NCBI GenBank assembly: GCA_038237645.1
Contig: JBBRYN010000001.1
Span: forward strand, 40,101-104,100
Direction: 5' to 3'
DNA length: 64,000 bases
From: Mycobacteriales bacterium
GTDB taxonomy: Bacteria > Actinomycetota > Actinomycetes > Mycobacteriales > QHCA01
In this document: positions 59,124-64,000 of the stretch, piece by piece
How positions within the stretch are numbered: position 1 is the first letter of the stretch
How the letters are laid out: each line of letters opens with the position of its first letter
Position numbers and translations under genes: made by a program
Notes under the pieces: model-generated
Seen by the model: only the letters and a program-made list of their open reading frames with translations
Told to the model about the DNA's origin: nothing
The model's database searches: none

Positions 59124-61541
59124 TCAACCAGGAGGGTGCGGACGGAGGCGGCGCAGCACTCCCCGGCGCCCGCGTGTCAGGGCCGCGTCCACCTGGTCGA
59201 GCACATCGGCGATCCCCTTCCCGCTGCGCTGGCCGGCGAAGCGGATCGCCGAAGGGGGGAGCGCCCGTGCCCGCAGGCCCGCCCGCCGGGTGGCGCCGTG
59301 GCGCATCGCCCGGCGCAGTTGACCGACCGTGCCGGCCAGGCCGTCGGCTGACGGCGGCCGGGTCGAGTAGCGAGCCTGTTCCTCTGCCCTGGCCAGCCGG
59401 CGAAGCGCCGCGGCGGAAGCGTCGTCAAGGCCGGTGTCACGCGACAAACATTCGGCCGTAATCCGCGGGGTCTGCGCCTCGTCCGTGACATGGCCCAGGT
59501 CGTAGGCGCTGGCCAGCACCTCGTCCCAGGCGGCGTTGACCGCCAGCCGCGGGTCACTGCCGGACACCTCGCGCAGCCGCCTGCGCCGGCCCACCACCCG
59601 GAGGGCCGCTGGCGCGATGCACAGGAGTGCGCCCAGCAGGCCAGCAGATGCCCATTGTCCGGTGCGGTCCGGCGGGACCGCCGGCGTGATCGGCGCCGGC
59701 AGCGGTAGCGCGGTGTCCGACCGCCCTTCCCGGTCCTCGTGTGCCCCGACCTGGTGCGTCTTGTTGGTCTCGCCCGCCCCGGCCCCGCTCGGGTGATCCG
59801 GGGAGTCTCCGTCCGTCGCCGCGCTCGGCGCCGTGTAGGGCAGGATCGTGGCCCGGCCGGCGCCGCCCAGCGGGGTCGGATCCCAGGCGATCCAGCCAAC
59901 GTTGGAGAAGTAGATCTCCACCCATGCGTGCGCATCGCTCGTCGTGACCGACCAGTAGCCCTTCTTTCGCTGACCCTTCGTGTAGCCGATCGCGACCCTT
60001 GCCGGCAGCTCCGCGTATCGGGCCATCGCCGCCATCGCGGACGCGTACTGCTCGCAGTAACCGGCCTTGCTGTCGAGGAACTCCAGCAGGGCGCCGCCGC
60101 CGTTGCCGGGCGCAGTGCTGGTGGTGTATCGGAAGGGCTGCTTGCCGTCACGGAAGTAGTTGTAGAGCGCGAGCGCCCTTTCGTAGGGCGTGTTCCGCTG
60201 AGCGACGATGGCTTCGACCCGTTTCTTGATCTCCGGCCCGTCCGCGATGTCCGGCGTACTTCGATAGGCGGCCTGAGGGTCGGCGCTCCCCATCTCGTCA
60301 CTGGCCTGCTTGAGCAGATCCGTCAACCGTGGGCTGAATCGATCGGGCGTGACGGACTGGAAGGAGTACTGCAGGTCCCTGGTGTTGGTCCGGCCGCTGA
60401 AGACGGTGCCACTGCGGGGGTCATAGCGCCAGTCGCCGTGGACGCTGACCCTCGTCGGAGTCGAATACACCGGCAGGTATTGCGACGTGCCCAGGCCGCG
60501 CACCTGCACCGACGTCTTGAACCTGACCTGCGGGACGGCACGGCCGATGCCCGCAACGGGCAGCCCGCCGCTCACCGGGCGGGTCGGCGAGGAGGTCAGC
60601 GGCGTCTGCTTCCACCCGCCGCCGGTGAACCGGTCGAGCGTCGTCACGCGCAGGTAAAAGGGCTGCGGATCGTCGGTGCGGACGCGGAGCAGCTCGATCG
60701 GGGTCAGGCGGGTCAACTGCCCACGCAGCGCAGTGATCGGATTCAGGGCGGCGGAGTAGCCGCCCGGCCCCGAGCCGACGCCCTGGCCGCTGGCCAATCC
60801 GGCCAGGCCGCCGGTGTGCACAAAGGGAATGACCACCGGCACCACGACGGCGATTCCGATCGCGGCCACCCCGATACGCCGGCCGACGGCAGTGATCGGG
60901 GAGGGTTCGAACGGGTCCGGCCGCCAGCCGTCGCCTTCGGTGGAGTGTTCGGTGAACGGGCGCCCCCATCGGGTGACGCGATCCCTGCCCTCGGCCAGCA
61001 GGAGGACGACGTATCCGGTGGCGCCCACGGCGAAGGGCAGCCAGCCGATGCCGTCGCGGGCCACGGCGACCGGCACCGCGAACATGGCGAGCAGCGGGAG
61101 ACCGGCCAATGCCGCCCGTCGCATGCTCACCGTCAGGGCATCGATGACGATGGCTGCCGAACCCACGCCCAGCACGGTCAACAGCAGCAGGCCGCGATGT
61201 GGTGGGACAGGCACAGCGAGCTGGACGACGTCACTGGCGGCGGCATTGATCAATTGGCGCAGGGCGCCGAACGTGCCGGCTGTCGGTACGGCGCCGAGGA
61301 TCTCCGAGCCGTTGCCGAAGAGGGCACAAATCAGCAGCCCGAGTGCACCCAGGTTGACCAGCGGCACCAGGCCGTCCGGGGCTGACAGCCGGCGGACGGC
61401 CAGGCTGGTTCCGGTGATCGTGACCACGGTGAGGATCGCGTAACCGAGCCACGCCCAGGTGTCGAACAACGGCGCAAGGGGGGCGGTGCCCAGCAGGGTG
61501 GCGACGCCGCACGTAGCGGCGAGCTGGAGCCGGCTGCTCAC
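59124..61541 (-). CDS. Transglutaminase-like membrane protein (TgpA-like: N-terminal multi-TM + transglutaminase core + DUF4129-like C-terminus)
   Basis: Catalytic region GYCEQYASAMAAMAR...DAHAWVEIYFSNVGWIAWDPTP (Cys-His-Asp). GTG 61541 overlaps the DUF58 stop (GTGA). The longer ORF in the track is fused with an upstream frame. Confidence 0.8.
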   Translation of the reverse strand: MSSRLQLAATCGVATLLGTAPLAPLFDTWAWLGYAILTVVTITGTSLAVRRLSAPDGLVPLVNLGALGLLICALFGNGSEILGAVPTAGTFGALRQLINAAASDVVQLAVPVPPHRGLLLLTVLGVGSAAIVIDALTVSMRRAALAGLPLLAMFAVPVAVARDGIGWLPFAVGATGYVVLLLAEGRDRVTRWGRPFTEHSTEGDGWRPDPFEPSPITAVGRRIGVAAIGIAVVVPVVIPFVHTGGLAGLASGQGVGSGPGGYSAALNPITALRGQLTRLTPIELLRVRTDDPQPFYLRVTTLDRFTGGGWKQTPLTSSPTRPVSGGLPVAGIGRAVPQVRFKTSVQVRGLGTSQYLPVYSTPTRVSVHGDWRYDPRSGTVFSGRTNTRDLQYSFQSVTPDRFSPRLTDLLKQASDEMGSADPQAAYRSTPDIADGPEIKKRVEAIVAQRNTPYERALALYNYFRDGKQPFRYTTSTAPGNGGGALLEFLDSKAGYCEQYASAMAAMARYAELPARVAIGYTKGQRKKGYWSVTTSDAHAWVEIYFSNVGWIAWDPTPLGGAGRATILPYTAPSAATDGDSPDHPSGAGAGETNKTHQVGAHEDREGRSDTALPLPAPITPAVPPDRTGQWASAGLLGALLCIAPAALRVVGRRRRLREVSGSDPRLAVNAAWDEVLASAYDLGHVTDEAQTPRITAECLSRDTGLDDASAAALRRLARAEEQARYSTRPPSADGLAGTVGQLRRAMRHGATRRAGLRARALPPSAIRFAGQRSGKGIADVLDQVDAALTRGRRGVLRRLRPHPPG

Positions 61542-62812
61542 CGGGCACCCGCCCCGGCCGGCACCTGACCGGACATCGCCACCAGTGGCCAGAGGGTCGA
61601 CAACGACGAGCCATGGCGGGCGACGAGCACCCGCCAGCCGCCCTGTTGCAGGCGGCGTACGACCGCGTCGTAGGCAGCCTTGGACTCGGCCGCCTCGCTC
61701 GGGGGCAGGCCGACCCAGGTGTCGCCGTCGAGCAGCAGCGCGATGCCGAGGGTCGAGTGAGCGAGCGTGCCACCGATCTGCGCCGCGGCGGCGACGTCGA
61801 GCCGGCCGAGGACCGCCACCACGAGTCCCTCGCTGCTGCTGCGGCGGAGTACGTCGACCACCGGCGCCGCGCTGCTGTGGGCGGACAGGCGCACCTCGGA
61901 GAGCTGATCGAGCAGCAGTCCAGCGGTATTGGCCCCGCGCGGTGCGTTGAGGTCGGCGTCGGCTTCGGTGAGGAGTCGCAGCGAGTAGCCCTCCCCGGCC
62001 AGGTGCACGGCGACGCTGGCCGCCGCACTGACCGCCCACTCGAAGCTCGACCCCGGGCCGTCGCCCCGGTGCGCCGCCGCGCGGGTGTCGAGAACCACCG
62101 CCGCGCGGCTCTGCCACGGCTGCTCTTCGCGCCGCACCATCAATTCGCCCACCCTGGCCGTCGATCGCCAGTGCACCTTGCGGAGGTCGTCGCCCTGGCG
62201 GTATTCGCGGGTGGCAGTGTCGTCCTCGCCCTGGATGGAAACCGACCGGGCGTTGCTTTCGCCGCCACCGGCCCAGTCGCCGCCGAGCCGGACGCGCGGC
62301 AACGGGTGGACGACGGGTGAGACGGTGAGGGAGTCGACGCTACTGAACGATCGGGTCAGCTCGACCATGCCGAGCGGATCGGTCAGTTGCACCGACAGCG
62401 GGCCGATGACATACCTGCCCCGGACGTCGGCGCGAACCGGGTAGGTCACGGAACGCTTGCCCCGAGGGCGCACCCGATCGAGCACGAAGCGCGGCCGCCC
62501 CCCCAGCGAGTAGGGCAGGGTGTCTTCCATCAGCAGGACGCCGGTCGGCAGCCGCGAGACGTTTTCCAGGCGCAGCACCACCGTCGCGCGCTGCCCGACA
62601 GGCACCTGCGCCGGTTCGAGCAGGCGGGAGCAGGCCAACCGGTAGCGGGTGCGGGTGACCACGGCGGCGGCGACGAGCGGCAACGCCGCCAAGAACACCG
62701 CCACCCGCATCAGGTCGCGCTCGTGCAACACCAGCGCACATATCGCCGCAGCCGCACCCGCCGCGAGGAAGCAGCGCCCGCGGGTGGTCAGGCCGGACAG
62801 CGCTTCCCGCAC
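61538..62812 (-). CDS. DUF58 domain protein (vWA-like, MoxR partner)
   Basis: Conserved DUF58 segment REYRQGDDLRKVHWRSTAR. Two N-terminal TM helices. GTG 62812 overlaps the MoxR stop. Confidence 0.8.
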   Translation of the reverse strand: MREALSGLTTRGRCFLAAGAAAAICALVLHERDLMRVAVFLAALPLVAAAVVTRTRYRLACSRLLEPAQVPVGQRATVVLRLENVSRLPTGVLLMEDTLPYSLGGRPRFVLDRVRPRGKRSVTYPVRADVRGRYVIGPLSVQLTDPLGMVELTRSFSSVDSLTVSPVVHPLPRVRLGGDWAGGGESNARSVSIQGEDDTATREYRQGDDLRKVHWRSTARVGELMVRREEQPWQSRAAVVLDTRAAAHRGDGPGSSFEWAVSAAASVAVHLAGEGYSLRLLTEADADLNAPRGANTAGLLLDQLSEVRLSAHSSAAPVVDVLRRSSSEGLVVAVLGRLDVAAAAQIGGTLAHSTLGIALLLDGDTWVGLPPSEAAESKAAYDAVVRRLQQGGWRVLVARHGSSLSTLWPLVAMSGQVPAGAGAR

Positions 62813-63807
62813 TAGGACTCCCGGCGGCCGTCTGGCACGGCGACCCGCGCGATGATGTCGCGGACCACGGACGCAGGCGTCCGGTGGGCGATCTGGGCGT
62901 CGGCCGTGGGCAACAGCCGGTGGGCGAGCACGGGACCGGCGAGGTCCTGCAGGTCGTCGGGCAACACGTAGTCCCGGCCGTCGAGGGCGGCGACGGCGCG
63001 CGCGGTGCGAACCAGGTGCAGCGTGGAGCGGGGGGAGGCGCCGAGCCGGAGGTCGCTGGAGCGCCGGGTCGCGCTCACCAGCTCGATGGCATAACGGCGC
63101 AGCGCGTCGGAGATGTGCACGGCCTGGGCGGTGCGGATCAAGTGGCGCACCTCGCGGGCGTCGGAGACCGGACGAAGGTCGTCGAGGGGGTCGGTCCGGC
63201 CGTGCGCGTCGATCATCTCCAGCTCGGCGGCCGCATCGGGATAGCCCATGGCGAGGCGGGCCGTGAATCGGTCGCGCTGCGCCTCCGGCAGTGGATAGGT
63301 GCCCTCCATCTCGATGGGGTTCTGCGTGGCGATCACCATGAAGGGCGACTGCAGCTCGTAGGTGATGCCGTCGACGGTGACCTGTCGCTCCTCCATGCAC
63401 TCCAGCAGGGCAGATTGCGTCTTGGGCGACGCCCGGTTGATCTCGTCACCGACGACGAGGTTGGCAAAGACCGCGCCCGGTTTGAACTCGAAGTCGCGGG
63501 TCTCCTGGTTGTAGACCGATACGCCGGTCACGTCGCTCGGCAACAGGTCAGGGGTGAACTGGATCCGGCGAACCGAGCAGTCGATCGACCGGGCCAAGGC
63601 CTTGGCCAACTTGGTCTTGCCGACTCCGGGGACGTCTTCGATGAGCAGGTGGCCCTCGGCGAGCATCACCGCGAGGGCGAGCCGGACGGCTTCTGACTTG
63701 CCCTCGATGACGTGCTCGATGTTCGTCATGATGCGGCCCGCGACCTCGAGCAGCCCGTCGAGGGAGCCCGGGGTCTCGTCGATACCCTCCAGCGCGCGGT
63801 GCGTCAC
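62812..63807 (-). CDS. MoxR family AAA+ ATPase
   Basis: Walker A GVPGVGKT, Walker B LVVGDEINRASP, sensor motifs. GTG 63807 preceded by GGAGGAG SD. The upstream extension in the track is unlikely to be real. Confidence 0.9.
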   Translation of the reverse strand: MTHRALEGIDETPGSLDGLLEVAGRIMTNIEHVIEGKSEAVRLALAVMLAEGHLLIEDVPGVGKTKLAKALARSIDCSVRRIQFTPDLLPSDVTGVSVYNQETRDFEFKPGAVFANLVVGDEINRASPKTQSALLECMEERQVTVDGITYELQSPFMVIATQNPIEMEGTYPLPEAQRDRFTARLAMGYPDAAAELEMIDAHGRTDPLDDLRPVSDAREVRHLIRTAQAVHISDALRRYAIELVSATRRSSDLRLGASPRSTLHLVRTARAVAALDGRDYVLPDDLQDLAGPVLAHRLLPTADAQIAHRTPASVVRDIIARVAVPDGRRES

Positions 63808-64000
63808 CAAACGACTCCTCCTCGACGGCGCAGGCCCGGGCCCGACTCCCACATCGTGCCGCATCTTCGGCGGCACCGCCCCTGCTGGCCGGCAGTCGGC
63901 GATGCGCGGGCCCGGTGACGGGCAGTGTCGGCGGCCACCCGGTGGGAGCCGGGCTCTGAGCCGCGCTTGCACTCGGGTCGTGCGCCGGTCCGACCGTACG

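Noticed and set aside
59739-61385. 548-aa ORF on the + strand, and others opposite the transglutaminase gene
   Set aside because: It is antisense to the transglutaminase gene, which has a clear Cys-His-Asp core.

Overview
This is a 64 kb window of high-GC (~70%+) actinobacterial chromosome; the gene content looks Micromonosporaceae-like. I saw no rRNA, tRNA, CRISPR array, transposase or integrase. Most of the window is conserved core. It is syntenic with the Mycobacterium tuberculosis Rv2172c-Rv2188c neighbourhood: fadD15-like ligase, TB16.3-like SRPBCC, PlsC-like acyltransferase, Rv2179c-like RNase, aroG, pknL-like kinase, Rv2175c-like DNA-binding protein, mptA-like GT87, idsA, metF. Many genes overlap their neighbours by 4 nt (GTGA or ATGA), which implies translational coupling.

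The accessory or unusual content is as follows.
- A carotenoid core operon, crtE-crtI-[MptA-like mannosyltransferase]-crtB, sits convergent to a split lycopene cyclase crtYc/crtYd.
- A second, carotenoid-tailoring operon encodes a CrtD-like desaturase, a GT2 glycosyltransferase, a CruF-like hydratase, a GNAT, a CrtA-like oxygenase and a membrane acyltransferase. This fits a glycosylated/acylated carotenoid of the sioxanthin or myxol-glycoside type.
- An SOS (LexA-box) module is the best candidate for a poorly described system. A perfect TCGAAC-N4-GTTCGA box precedes two small proteins, one of them HEPN-like, which are coupled to an unusually long dnaE2 (1281 aa). dnaE2 is followed by a SAM methyltransferase and dinB, and a minimal family-A polymerase fused by GTGA to a GNAT lies 8 kb upstream.
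- A 1131-aa protein combining a zinc ribbon, a class III adenylyl cyclase domain, an AAA domain and TPR-like repeats sits next to a Crp/Fnr regulator.
- Four in-frame or start-site tandem repeats lie inside or at genes.

Many long antisense ORFs in the six-frame track are high-GC artefacts and were not called.
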